A DNA stretch of 37,085 nucleotides from NCBI GenBank assembly GCA_001275005.1, contig JWZX01002730.1:1-37085 (forward strand), read 5' to 3'. Below are positions 20,777 to 30,685 of the stretch, piece by piece; positions within the stretch are counted from its first letter, which is position 1; each line of letters opens with the position of its first letter. The notes beneath the pieces were generated by a model. It was not told where the DNA came from. It did no database searches and saw nothing but the letters and a program-made list of their open reading frames with translations. The translations under genes and the position numbers were made by a program. The stretch is from Chrysochromulina tobinii. Its lineage: Eukaryota.

Positions 20777-22920
20777 TCACATGCCAAAGGCATCCAAAAA
20801 GTCGTCGGCCGTCGCGTTGCCGCCGTGCACGTCGACCTCGGACGCGTCAAACTTGTGCATGCCGCCCGCCACCTTGACGCCCTGGGCCTCGAGCGCCTGC
20901 ATCTTGGCGATTCTCTCGTCCTCTTCCTTCTCCTTCTGCTTGGCCTTGAGAGCGTTCTCCTCAATCTTCTTCTTCATCTCCGCCGCCTCCTGCTCCTTGA
21001 GCGCCTTGAGGTCGAATACCGGCTCGGCCGGTGCGGCGGGAGGGGCCGTGGGGATGTCACTCCCCGCCCAGAGCTCGAGCTGCTTAGCCTGCTCGAGGAC
21101 CGAGCGCTTCGAAGTGCCGCCGGTCGAGTCACGGCGCTCGGCGGCGGCATCGAAGTCCCAGACGGCCATGACCTGCGCAGCCATCGGAGACGGGCGACCG
21201 ACGCGCATGTCAAGGCGCTGCGGAGCACGCTGAGCGGAGAGGCACGGCCAGGGAGGCATGCATGCAGAGAGCCGAGGCATGCAGCTCAGCAGGCCAGGGG
21301 CCGCGTGAGATGCGCCCCGCCATGTCAACGATCGCCTCAGAGGGCCACTTCGCAGTGTCCCTTAGCGGCCGCAGCTGGACGGGAGGCACTTTGCAGTGCC
21401 TTGAACGCTGTGGCACAGGAACTGGTCCGGCGGGATGCATGAGGCAGCTCGCCGTGATGCCAAAAGCCTGTGCGTGGTGCCAGAAGCAGGCGACAAGAAG
21501 CAGGCGACAAGAAGCAGGCGAGCATCGCATCCAAGCAGCGCGCGGCGGCGGGCAGGCGCAAGGCAACACGGCCGTGCGCGTGGCGGCAGGAGCAGCGGGC
21601 TCGGGTGCGGCGGCGGCGGCGGAAGGGGGGTGGCAGCGTGGGCGGCAAGCGTGGGCGGCGTACGTCTTCCGTAAAGAGCGGGTGGAGGCCCTTCAAGTCC
21701 TCGAGTGTGAGTGCGAAGAGCGAGCAGCCGCGCTGTTCCGCGAGCTGGACGGCACGGCCCGAGATGTGGTGCGTCTCACGGAAGGGGACGCCCTTGCGCA
21801 CGAGGTACTCGGACAGGTCGGTCGCGAGCATGAACGAGTTGAGCGCCGCTCGCATGCGATCAGGCTGCGGCGTGAGGGTCGCTAGAACGCCGTCGGCGAT
21901 CTGCAGCCCCGCCTCGGCCGTGTCAAGCGCGTCAAAGAGCGCCTGCTTGTCCTCCTGCATATCCTTGTTGTACGCAGTGGGCAGCCCCTTGAGCATCGTG
22001 AGCAGGCTCACCAAGTGCCCGATCGTGCGCCCCGACTTGCCGCGCAGCAGCTCAAGGGCGTCCGGGTTCTTCTTCTGCGGCATGAGGGACGAGCCCGTCG
22101 AGTACGCATCGCTCAGGCGCACGAACCCAAACTCCTGCGTCGAGAAGATGATGAGGTCCTCGCCGTACTTGGAGAGGTGCGTCATCAGCAGGCTGCACCA
22201 AAAGGTCAGCTCGACTACGAAGTCGCGGTCCGTCACGCCGTCGATCGAGTTGGCCGTCGGCCGTGCGAAGCCGAGGTCAGCGGCGAGCGCCTCGCGGTCG
22301 ATGCCAAACGGATTCCCCGCGAGGGCGCCCGACCCGAGCGGGCACTCGTTCATGCGCTCGGCAATCTGCGCGAGCCGCTCGCCGTCGCGTCGCCACGACG
22401 CCGCATGCGCGAGCATCCAATGGCCCCACCTGACGGGCTGCGCCGACTGGAGGTGTGTGTAGCCGGGCATGAGAATGTCTGCCTCGGCGGCGGCGCGCTT
22501 GGCCGCCGTGCGCACGAGGTTGCGCACGAGCTCGCCCAGCCGCGCGCACACGCCGCGCAGGTGCATCCGTAGGTCCGTCACCACCTGGTCGTTGCGCGAG
22601 CGGCCCGTGTGCACCTTGCCGCCCACGGCTCCGACGAGCTCCGTCAGCCGCCGCTCGTTGGCGGTGTGGATGTCTTCGTCGCCCGGCTTGACCTCGAAGG
22701 TGCCGGCGGCCCATTCGGCGCGCACGGCGACGAGGCCCGAGCGGATCGCCTCGCCCTCCTCAGCCGTGATGACGCCAGCCTTTTGCAGCGCGCGGCTGTA
22801 TCCGATCGAGCCGTCGATGTCGGCCGCCCACATGACCTTGTCGACGTCGAGCGAGAGGTTGAAGCGCTCCATCACGGGGTCTGTCTTGCCAGTGAACCTA
22901 CCGCCCCAGAGTTTCGACAT
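20777..22920 (-). CDS. ASL: Argininosuccinate lyase, 2 exons: complement(join(20777..21172,21664..22920)), ~550 aa including a C-terminal extension
   Basis: MSKLWGGRF start, HTGRSRNDQV, MPGYTHLQ and signature STGSSLMPQKKNPD. A phase-0 GT..AG intron restores FTED|VMAVWDFDAAAERRDSTGGTS, the normal ASL C-terminus. Confidence 0.96.
21173..21663 (-). other. 491-bp spliceosomal intron of ASL
   Basis: Minus-strand donor GAC|GTACGC and acceptor GCGCAG|GTC. Contains a 14-bp tandem repeat agaagcaggcgaca (~3 copies) at ~21482-21521. Confidence 0.88.
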
Positions 22921-23174
22921 GCTCGGACTCGCGAGCAGAGCGTGCTGAGAGTGCGCGACGCGCTAGCACGCGATGCTCGCTCGTGAGACCCCGACGGGAC
23001 GAAGTCTCCGACGGCCTGTTCACGCCACAGACCAACTCTACAAAAGCTTCATCGGGCTCACAGCAGTCCGCGACTTTTCCCAGTCCCGCCCTTCGAAACT
23101 TGCCGGGAACAGAACAAAAGCTCACAGTCGTTCATCAAAAGAATCACGCGACTGGAGGGTCGACGCTGGACAAG

Positions 23175-23384
23175 ATGCATCCCCACCCCGGTTTCCCGGT
23201 CTTCACACGCCTCGACGACGTCTGTGGCGCCTGCTGGGAGGCCCCGCCCCCACTCGTCGCCGAGGAGAAGGGGTTGCCGCAGCCCCAACGCCCACAGCTG
23301 GCAGCGTCTAGCCTCCGACGACTTGCCGCAATAGCAGCTGTCGCGCTGATTGCAACAGCTGTCTTACGTCGGCGACGAGGCTAG
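23175..23384 (+). CDS. Small (69 aa) putative tail-anchored membrane protein, divergent from ASL
   Basis: ATG at 23175, a CGAC motif, C-terminal hydrophobic helix LAAIAAVALIATAVL followed by RRRRG and a stop. Confidence 0.5.
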   Translation: MHPHPGFPVFTRLDDVCGACWEAPPPLVAEEKGLPQPQRPQLAASSLRRLAAIAAVALIATAVLRRRRG

Positions 23385-24545
23385 TGATCTCCTGCTCAGA
23401 AGCTGCATCCACTGTTGCATGCCGCCTGCCCTTTGACAAACAGCATGGGAAAGTCCGCTCGGCCTTGCACTGAGCTGTTGGTTGAGATCAGCCTCTTCCG
23501 CAGCTTGAGGGGGACTCGATCCCGCACGCATCCTCCGTCGATGGCGTACAGTGCGTGTTGGCGCTCGCACACATCTGAGCTCGATTTGGCGCTGGCACGA
23601 CGTCTGAGCTCGTGCGGCCGGCGGCGCTCGCCGGTGGCGCGGACGCTGACGAACTGTACTTGTGGCGAGGGTGCGGCTGCGCTGCTGGCCGTCGCTAAGG
23701 CCGTCGGCGAGGGCGGCACCCTTTACAGCTCGCCTACACGCTTGCGCTGGCGGTGGCACATGCAACCTGCGCAACCGCCAACCCGGAGCTGCCTAATAAG
23801 AATTTGGATGGCCTCCAGGCTTTGTCCTCTGTCCACAGTGTGGCGGGCGCTCAATAGATACAAGAACCTCATAAAGGCATTGGCAAGGCTCAACGAAGGG
23901 TCGAAGGCACTGTTGCCAAAAAATCAGGTGTAAGTACCCGATTTTTCGTGTCTCAGTTCATGTATCCTCTGATCCTCTCCGTGTAAACATGTGTGAACAC
24001 GAGTTAACACGACCCACCGGCACCCGGGCACGAGTTTTTACGAGCTTTGCGGCGCGCCCCCGACGGGCGCGGCCGTCCAGCACACCGCTCACACGACACA
24101 CGCGCACTTAACGTGACTGTCCACACATGCGTCCACAGCACCCCGGGCCGAGCTGACCCGGGCCGGCTCACGCGCGTCAGGTGGGGTCGTCGTGGCTAAT
24201 CGTGGCGGCTGCTCCACAGCTATTCCGGTATTCCATCGTCATACCATCGTCAGCTGCCTCCTATGTCCCCGATGACAGCTCCCGGCGGCGGCGCGGCACC
24301 GCTCCGGCGGCGTGCGCGGACGTGCCGTCGGTCTGCGGTACGGGATCCATGTACGGGATCAAATAAGCACACGGACCGCGGTTCGTGGGTTCGAGCACCG
24401 CTGTCTCCCGTCCGGGGATGGGCTTTGCGGGTAGTCGATAGTTCTCGAAAGGAGTGCGAGTGCCCAGGCCACGCAAGTCGGGCCACGCCCACCGCACTGG
24501 ACTGTCCAGCGACCACCAGGTGGTAAACAGGTGGTGTACACGAGT

Positions 24546-24679
24546 CAGGTACCGGTAACCCGGCCCCAGGTGTTTTTGAACCGGTACGCCCGTGTCCCGT
24601 GTGTGTCCCGGCTCCCCCCGGTGTCTTTTTACAGGTGTGAGTGTCCCGGCTCCCCCGGTGTCTTTTTACCGGTACTGTA
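24546..24679. mobile_element. Tc1/mariner-like transposon end or mini-MITE with internal direct repeats
   Basis: The minus strand reads TA-CAGTACCGGTAAAAAGACACC from 24679. There is a ~29-bp direct repeat gtgtcccggctccccc(c)ggtgtctttttac at 24603 and 24641, and a 10-bp inverted repeat gtaccggtaa (24549) / ttaccggtac (24666). Confidence 0.5.
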
Positions 24680-24685
24680 CGAGTG

Positions 24686-24853
24686 TAGTGCGTAACCCGG
24701 ACTTCATTTACAAACAGGTGCGTAACCCGGACGTCACTAACCCGGACTTGGCCGATGTCCGGGTTACGCACCTGTTTGTAAGTCCTTAACCCGGACTTCG
24801 AGGTGTGAAGTCCGGGTTACGCACCTGTTTGTAAGTCCTTAACCCGGACTTGG
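24686..24853. repeat. Left terminal inverted repeat (168 bp including TA)
   Basis: tagtgcgtaacccggacttcatttacaaacagg...aacccggacttgg; reverse complement of 26026-26192. Confidence 0.93.
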
Positions 24854-25703
24854 TTTTTCGCAACCACGGAACCCGAGGGAGCCTTGCCATCGGTATGAAA
24901 CCGATGACTCGCTGAATGCCGGATGGGATGGACCGCCTTCATGGAACATTTCTGCTGCAGCTATGACAGGTGACATAGAGCTCTTGTGCACCGCCTTCGA
25001 AGTCGAGAGCAGTGCGTGAGGATCATCCAACTCCGGATCATCGATGAGATCCATGCACACCGGCCAACCGGCCTTGATAGAACTCGAGGTGTGTCAGGAG
25101 GTCGCTGAATCACGCGAGCAGAAAGGAAGGTAACATGGACGGGTCCGGTAAGAAGACATATTGAAGCCAAGCATCCACAGGTAAAGAACGAAGAAAATCA
25201 CGATAACGACATGCCTGTGACACGCACTGAGACCCACTGATGCTGCCTTCTTCTTGCAGTTGAAGTAGTTTGCTATGTACAGCAACCACATGTAGCACTT
25301 CACGTTCAAGATGAAGTTCGGAATCGTCGACTAGAGATCTCGGAGTGCCACATCGATTGGCAAGAAGAATATCACGGAACGCCAGTGACATTGGAATGCA
25401 ACTGATGACCACCAAGTGCTCCGAGGGAATGATGACGTCACGCAAAAAGCAAAACATGCCAAGCACTGCAATGCTGATCATATTCCAAAACCCAGCCTTG
25501 AACTGCCGTGACTTGCGACAGGAATTCGCATTCGGCGCGCGAGGACGGGATGCACAATGACGACAAGGATGTCGCGTCGGATGCAGATCGGACGCGCACC
25601 AGCGATCCGTGAGACACGAGGGCACCCCCGACCAAAGGCCAAGAAGTCCCCCCGGCGAACATGGATTTCGCGCGAGGAGGTCTCAACAAAAAGACAACCA
25701 GGT

Positions 25704-26192
25704 ACCTAACCCGGACTTCCGAAGTCCGGGTTAGGCACATGTCCCGAGTGCCTAACCCGGACTTAACCAAACGAGTGCGGGAAAAGATCCGGCACAAGTG
25801 CCTAACCCGGACTTAGATAACGTTGAAGGTGCGTAACCCGGACTTCCCAGCTATGCCTAAATCCGGGTTAGAACCTACAAACAGGTGCGTAACCCGGACT
25901 TCACACCTCGAAGTCCGGGTTAAGGACTTACAAACAAGTGCGTAACCCGGACTTCACACCTCGAAGTCCGGGTTTTGGACTTACAAACAGGTGCGTAACC
26001 CGGGACAACTTAAATTTTCAAATACCCAAGTCCGGGTTAAGGACTTACAAACAGGTGCGTAACCCAGACTTCACACCTCGAAGTCCGGGTTAAGGACTTA
26101 CAAACAGGTGCGTAACCCGGACTCGGCCAAGTCCGGGTTAGTGACGTCCGGGTTATGCACCTGTTTGTAAATGAAGTCCGGGTTACGCACTA
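25704..26192. repeat. Right subterminal repeat array plus right TIR; 53-bp hairpin-containing units
   Basis: Unit caaacaggtgcgtaacccggacttcacacctcgaagtccgggttaaggactta at 25878, 25931 and 26048, with variants at 25984 and 26101. Shorter core copies lie at 25704-25870. Confidence 0.93.
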
Positions 26193-26292
26193 ACCTCCAT
26201 ACAAGTATACCTCTCTCTTCTATCACAACTTTGCGTGCGGAATTTGCACCATCAAAACCGGCATTTTTTGGCTTTTTGTGTGTGGATCGGAC

Positions 26293-27896
26293 ATGAGCGT
26301 CGCTGCACTCGAGGCGCTGATCGTCTCGTCGACTCGTGAAGAGCCGACAAGTCGAACTCTTACCGAGGCTGCAGAGCATCATCGCGTCGCTCCCTTCATC
26401 TCTTCTTCCTACCTGCAGGAGCGCGATGCTTATGCCAACACCCACGCCATCCTCGGCGCCGCTCTTGGCTCCATCGCCAACGTCACAATTGTCTCCAGCA
26501 CAGATGAGCAGGCACGGCAGCTTCTCAGGGCCATGGAGCAGGCCGCGCACTACCCTGGCGCCATGCACTGGGCGACCAGCGTCCACAAATGGCAGCGCAC
26601 TGGGCAAGCACCAGGCCTGATTGGTAGGACCGGTGGCCGCAGCACTCTCGCCTTGGGCTCCATGGACGTTGTCGTCATCGCTTCCGTGCATGTTGAGAAG
26701 GAGCAAGCCATGCTGACCTACTGGCCGTACGTTCGCCCTGGAGGCTGCTTATGCATCGAAGACGTTCCCGTGTACTCAAATAGCTCGGGCTTCCTACAGC
26801 GCGCTGACGCAGGGTGGAGTCCGATCGCCCATGCACCGTGGTCGCTCCAGCCGGAGGTGGCGAGGATCCTGGAGGAACACGACGACTTCCTGGTTGACGT
26901 GCTTCGCGGGATGCGATTGAGTGCCAAGCAGCCACCGACGCGCAACAACACACACATGCTCGTTGTGCGTAAGCGAACGACGGGTCGCTCGCCCGTGATC
27001 CTACGCCACAGCGGTGTCACCGCGATGCAGGACGCGAAGGTATCGGCGCAGCTGCCGTGGAACCGCTCGCAAGCGATGGACTTAGAGGCCCTTGCTTTCT
27101 ACTACGGCACAGATAAGTCGCGAGACGACCACAAGTATACCGACCTCTACGCGCTGCTGTTCGACGCGCGGCGCCACTCGGTCCTCAACATGACCGAGAT
27201 TGGCATCATGTCAGGCCAGGTGAGCCCCCTCCTCTCCCGTAACAATAGCCGCCATGCGACCACTTACTCGGCGATTCGATCACTCACTCGGCGACTCGGA
27301 TCCCTTATCGGCAGTCGGTGCAGCTCTGGCACGACTACTTCCCCAATGCGAGCATCTGGGGGGCAGATAACTGGATCCGCCCTGTGGTTTTCGAGCACCT
27401 CAAGCCGCTCGCGCCGAGGGTGCAGCTGCTCCTGTCGAACTCACAGGATTCGGATAGTGTGGCGGCGCTCAAGCTGGCGCCGCTCAGTATGGACCTGATC
27501 ATCGACGACGGCGAGCACAAGCCGGTAGCAAACGAGTTGACGCTTCTCGCGTTCTGGGAGTACCTCAAGCCCGGCGGCTTCTTTATTATCGAGGATGTGG
27601 TCTCGGGCGGCGACGCCAAGGGCCAATTCATGGGCGATCCGGCTAGCTGGTCAGCGCCCGGGCGCGCGCGGCTGACGCACGAGCAGCAATGGCTCAAGCC
27701 CGAGACGATCGCACTCCTCCGCCGCGCGGACATCTTTCTCGCAGACACAACCGTCGGCCACCGCGATTGGGAGGGCTTGAAGCGCTCAATCCCCAGCAAG
27801 TGGTGTCGGAATCGCGTTGATCACAACACACATGCCATGGTCATACGCAAGCGTGAAGCGCGAAAAGCGGTGCAGAATCGCCCGAAACGGCTTTAG
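26293..27896 (+). CDS. Class I SAM-dependent O-methyltransferase (MycE/TylE-like) with a degenerate N-terminal duplicate domain; join(26293..27219,27315..27896), ~502 aa
   Basis: YYGTDKSRDDHKYTDLY, then EIGIMSGQ|SVQLWHDYFPNASIWGAD across a 95-bp phase-0 intron (CAG|GTGAGC ... GGCAG|TCG), then DLIIDDGEH and LKPGGFFIIEDV. Confidence 0.88.
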
Positions 27897-28345
27897 AGTC
27901 TATTTCTTCGTACGGAGCATTCAGACGACGATACGGGCGACGGGCCGGTCCCTGTGCCGGAAGCACGAGCCGAGCGTACCGCCGACGGCCGACCTCGCGC
28001 ACCGCGCTATCGGCTTATCGGATGCAGTTGCATCGCCGCACGTGGGCGCACACACGGCACGTGTGTCTGTGCGGTGTGAGTTCTAACACAACACACATCA
28101 CACTTTCACACACTCGCGGGCAATGGTAGGTCCCTACGAGACGGCTTTAATTTCGGCTCGTGCCGGCGTCGGTGGCTGCCCTCCCGAACCCTGCAGAGGA
28201 GGGCGGAGTCGCCCTCCATACAGTGGCGACAAGCAAACGACCGCCTTACTTGCTAAATTCGACTAGTTGTCGCCGCCTTCCCTTCCTGGCGGGGGGGCTC
28301 TGCCGCTCCTTCCAGACGGGACTGGCAGCAACGACCACCTGTACG

Positions 28346-29050
28346 TCACACCGATGGGGCAGGAGCAAGGAGAGAAGGCCCCATGGGGTTACGAGCCCCC
28401 GAGAGGGAGGATTCCCGTAACAAAAGGAGTTCGTGAGCTGCGAACAGCCGTGCGCGTTCAGAGTCACTGATCTGAATGAGCGAGCCGAATGGTGTGAGGC
28501 GCGGGCGCGCTCGAAGCACAGCCGAGTCGGAGCGGAGAGAGGAAAAGGCGGAACGTTCAAGCTTTTCAAGCTGCTCCAGCCGCGGCGACTTGAGTGGCTC
28601 GCGGAGCTGGGGCGAGTCGTGCCATGCAATGGGGAACGCCCGTGGGAGCGCAGGCTGATAGCCCGCACTTCCCCAAGTCCCCACGGGCTGCCAAACCGAA
28701 TGATAGCGTTCAATGCAGCCCTGGCGGGACACTGCGTCCGGCGAGATATGGACATCAAATGTCTGGTGATTTGGCTTCCAAAACACCGCAGGCGTGGACG
28801 TACTTATTGCATGGAGCCTCCGGCGGATGTGCTTCATCTCGTCGTCAACCTCGGATTTGTACGAGGTGATGCTCACCGTGGTGCCAAGGCGCTGCCCCGT
28901 CAGTGCCGGGTCGATGGACGGTAATGAGCCTCCCCACTCGCTGCGCGGGGAGGCCACTCCTAATATGCCACGTGTGCCACGTAACGCTGAGCTGCGAGTT
29001 CGCGCCGAGAGCGGCTGCTTGTACTGAGGGCTAAACGAATGTGCAACCAT
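28346..29050 (-). CDS. Hypothetical protein (~234 aa)
   Basis: Longest ORF in the interval, ATG at 29050, protein-like composition, divergent from the next gene; no family recognised. Confidence 0.55.
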   Translation of the reverse strand: MVAHSFSPQYKQPLSARTRSSALRGTRGILGVASPRSEWGGSLPSIDPALTGQRLGTTVSITSYKSEVDDEMKHIRRRLHAISTSTPAVFWKPNHQTFDVHISPDAVSRQGCIERYHSVWQPVGTWGSAGYQPALPRAFPIAWHDSPQLREPLKSPRLEQLEKLERSAFSSLRSDSAVLRARPRLTPFGSLIQISDSERARLFAAHELLLLRESSLSGARNPMGPSLLAPAPSV

Positions 29051-29423
29051 AACAAAAGGCTTTCGCGTGAGGCGACGCAACGACGCACCCCTCGTACACG
29101 AGAGCCCTCGATTTCTGTTTCGCTCACGAAGTTAGAACTTCTGAAGTCCGCGAAGCGTGAGTACGTAAACCGTTCAAAAACACCGAGAGGAGCCGGGACA
29201 CGAGATCCTCGGTCGAGGCGTCGTTGCGCCCCCTCTAGCCCTCTACTCCCCGACTCCCCCAGAACCCCCCTACTGTACACGGCACACACAAGGTGTGTGT
29301 ATTCTGAGCGGGCAGTACCAGTGCCGTAGCACCGGTTGTCGCGTCTGTCGTGTGAACGTTCACGCATCGCGAAAAGTGCGCGTCCTCTGCGCTGCAAACC
29401 GCGGGGCACGGCGGAGGGCGGGA

Positions 29424-30320
29424 ATGGAGGCAGATTCGCGCGACTTTGCAGCCATCGACGCGTGGCTTCAACCATGGCAGCTTCGCCGGCTGTCCATCCA
29501 GAATCGACTGAAGGGGCTGCTGAGCGCACCACCACCAGCTAAGTTCGCAGCTCCGCCAGCGATGAGTGCTCCAGTCCTCAGACGATCAGAGCATGTGGCA
29601 CAATTAGCAGAGCCGCCGCCGGCAGCGTCGGCAGCGCCGGCATTCGAGGGAGTCGGCGAGCGTGTTGTGACAACACGTAGCGGGTTTCTCACCAGCTGTA
29701 CATCTCATCAGGACCAGAGCCGCCACGTCACCGAGGCGGCAGGGGCAGCAGCGGCAGCGGTGATGAGAGCGGCAACTGTCGCCTCATCAGCGGCTGCCAC
29801 GGAAGATGCGGTCGCGGCCGGCGACGATGCTGCCTCGGCGGTGGAGGCTGCGGCAGTGGAGGCTGCGGTCATGGAGGTCGCCGCGGCGCTCGACGCTGCT
29901 GGTTACTGGCCCGAGATTGGCACGGTAGGAGCCCGAGGTTTGGCGTTTCACCCCCACCGCGGAGAGGAGCCGGCGCCCGTTCCGGCCGCCGCACGCTACT
30001 ACACCGCAGGAGCGGCGCTCGCTCGATCTGGCAGCAGTCGCGGCCCTAGCTACGCCGTCCGACTGCCGCCCCAACGTGACCCGGTTTCGGCCACGAGCCG
30101 GCAGCATGATTATGAGTGGCCCGAGTTCAACGGCATCACCCTCGATAATTGGGTGGAGCGCTCGCGCAACGTTGGCTGGCTTGCAGCTCAGAATGAGGCT
30201 GCCGAGATTGCCGCCAAGCAGCGCCTCGGTCTGCTTCCATCTGCGCCACAGCCGCCGCTGCAGCCGCAGCCGGCGCTGCCGTCGCGCCTGTTGCACCCCG
30301 AGGGCCGAGCACGCGGCTGA
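29424..30320 (+). CDS. Hypothetical Ala/Pro-rich protein (~298 aa)
   Basis: ATG at 29424 (MEADSRDFAAIDAWLQPWQLRRL...); no family recognised with confidence. Confidence 0.6.
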   Translation: MEADSRDFAAIDAWLQPWQLRRLSIQNRLKGLLSAPPPAKFAAPPAMSAPVLRRSEHVAQLAEPPPAASAAPAFEGVGERVVTTRSGFLTSCTSHQDQSRHVTEAAGAAAAAVMRAATVASSAAATEDAVAAGDDAASAVEAAAVEAAVMEVAAALDAAGYWPEIGTVGARGLAFHPHRGEEPAPVPAAARYYTAGAALARSGSSRGPSYAVRLPPQRDPVSATSRQHDYEWPEFNGITLDNWVERSRNVGWLAAQNEAAEIAAKQRLGLLPSAPQPPLQPQPALPSRLLHPEGRARG

Positions 30321-30685
30321 CGAACCCCGAGGGCCGAGCACGCGTGAGGGCGGCCGTTCGTCGCCCTCCGCGCCGGCCGTGGCACGTTCATAATCCTCGC
30401 GTCAGTGATCGCTACTGTGAGTCTCCACTCTCGCCGTAACTCCAGCGGAGTCTCGCCGGTGCTAACGTGCTATCGTCTGATCCGGTGATTCCAATTGCGT
30501 GATAGGTGATTCCTGCTGTCGGATTAGAAGGCCGTCAGTGTTGATATGCTTTATATGCAAACCAAACGTACACTGTTTCGTCCTGGGGCCGCATGATCGG
30601 ACCGCGAGATTCGAGATCCAGCCGAGCCCACCACGCACAGGTGACTGTCTCGATCTCGCTCCTTCTCTCGTTACAATGTGCCGTC

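Larger units (their letters stand above)
24686..26192. mobile_element. Non-autonomous TIR DNA transposon (foldback-like, modular TIRs), flanked by TA
   Basis: Inverted repeats 24686-24853 and 26026-26192 differ by only 2 substitutions and 1 indel. TA is present at both outer ends. About 25 copies of the TAACCCGGACTT core occur in both orientations. No transposase is recognisable in the interior. Confidence 0.88.

Noticed and set aside
21337..21663. ORF-track C-terminus of ASL (RRPRLPPTLPP...)
   Set aside because: Read-through into the intron; the true C-terminal exon is 20777-21172
23396..23933. Overlapping ORFs on both strands
   Set aside because: No recognisable domain and no way to choose a frame; may be a degenerate gene
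25704..26192. CRISPR array (palindromic repeats with variable spacers)
   Set aside because: Repeats occur in both orientations, spacers are irregular or identical, the array mirrors the left TIR, no cas genes are present and the context is eukaryotic
24686..26192. CACTA/EnSpm element or interstitial telomere
   Set aside because: The ends read TAGTG...CACTA, the reverse of CACTA...TAGTG, with no 3-bp TSD; TAACCC never occurs as tandem telomeric hexamers
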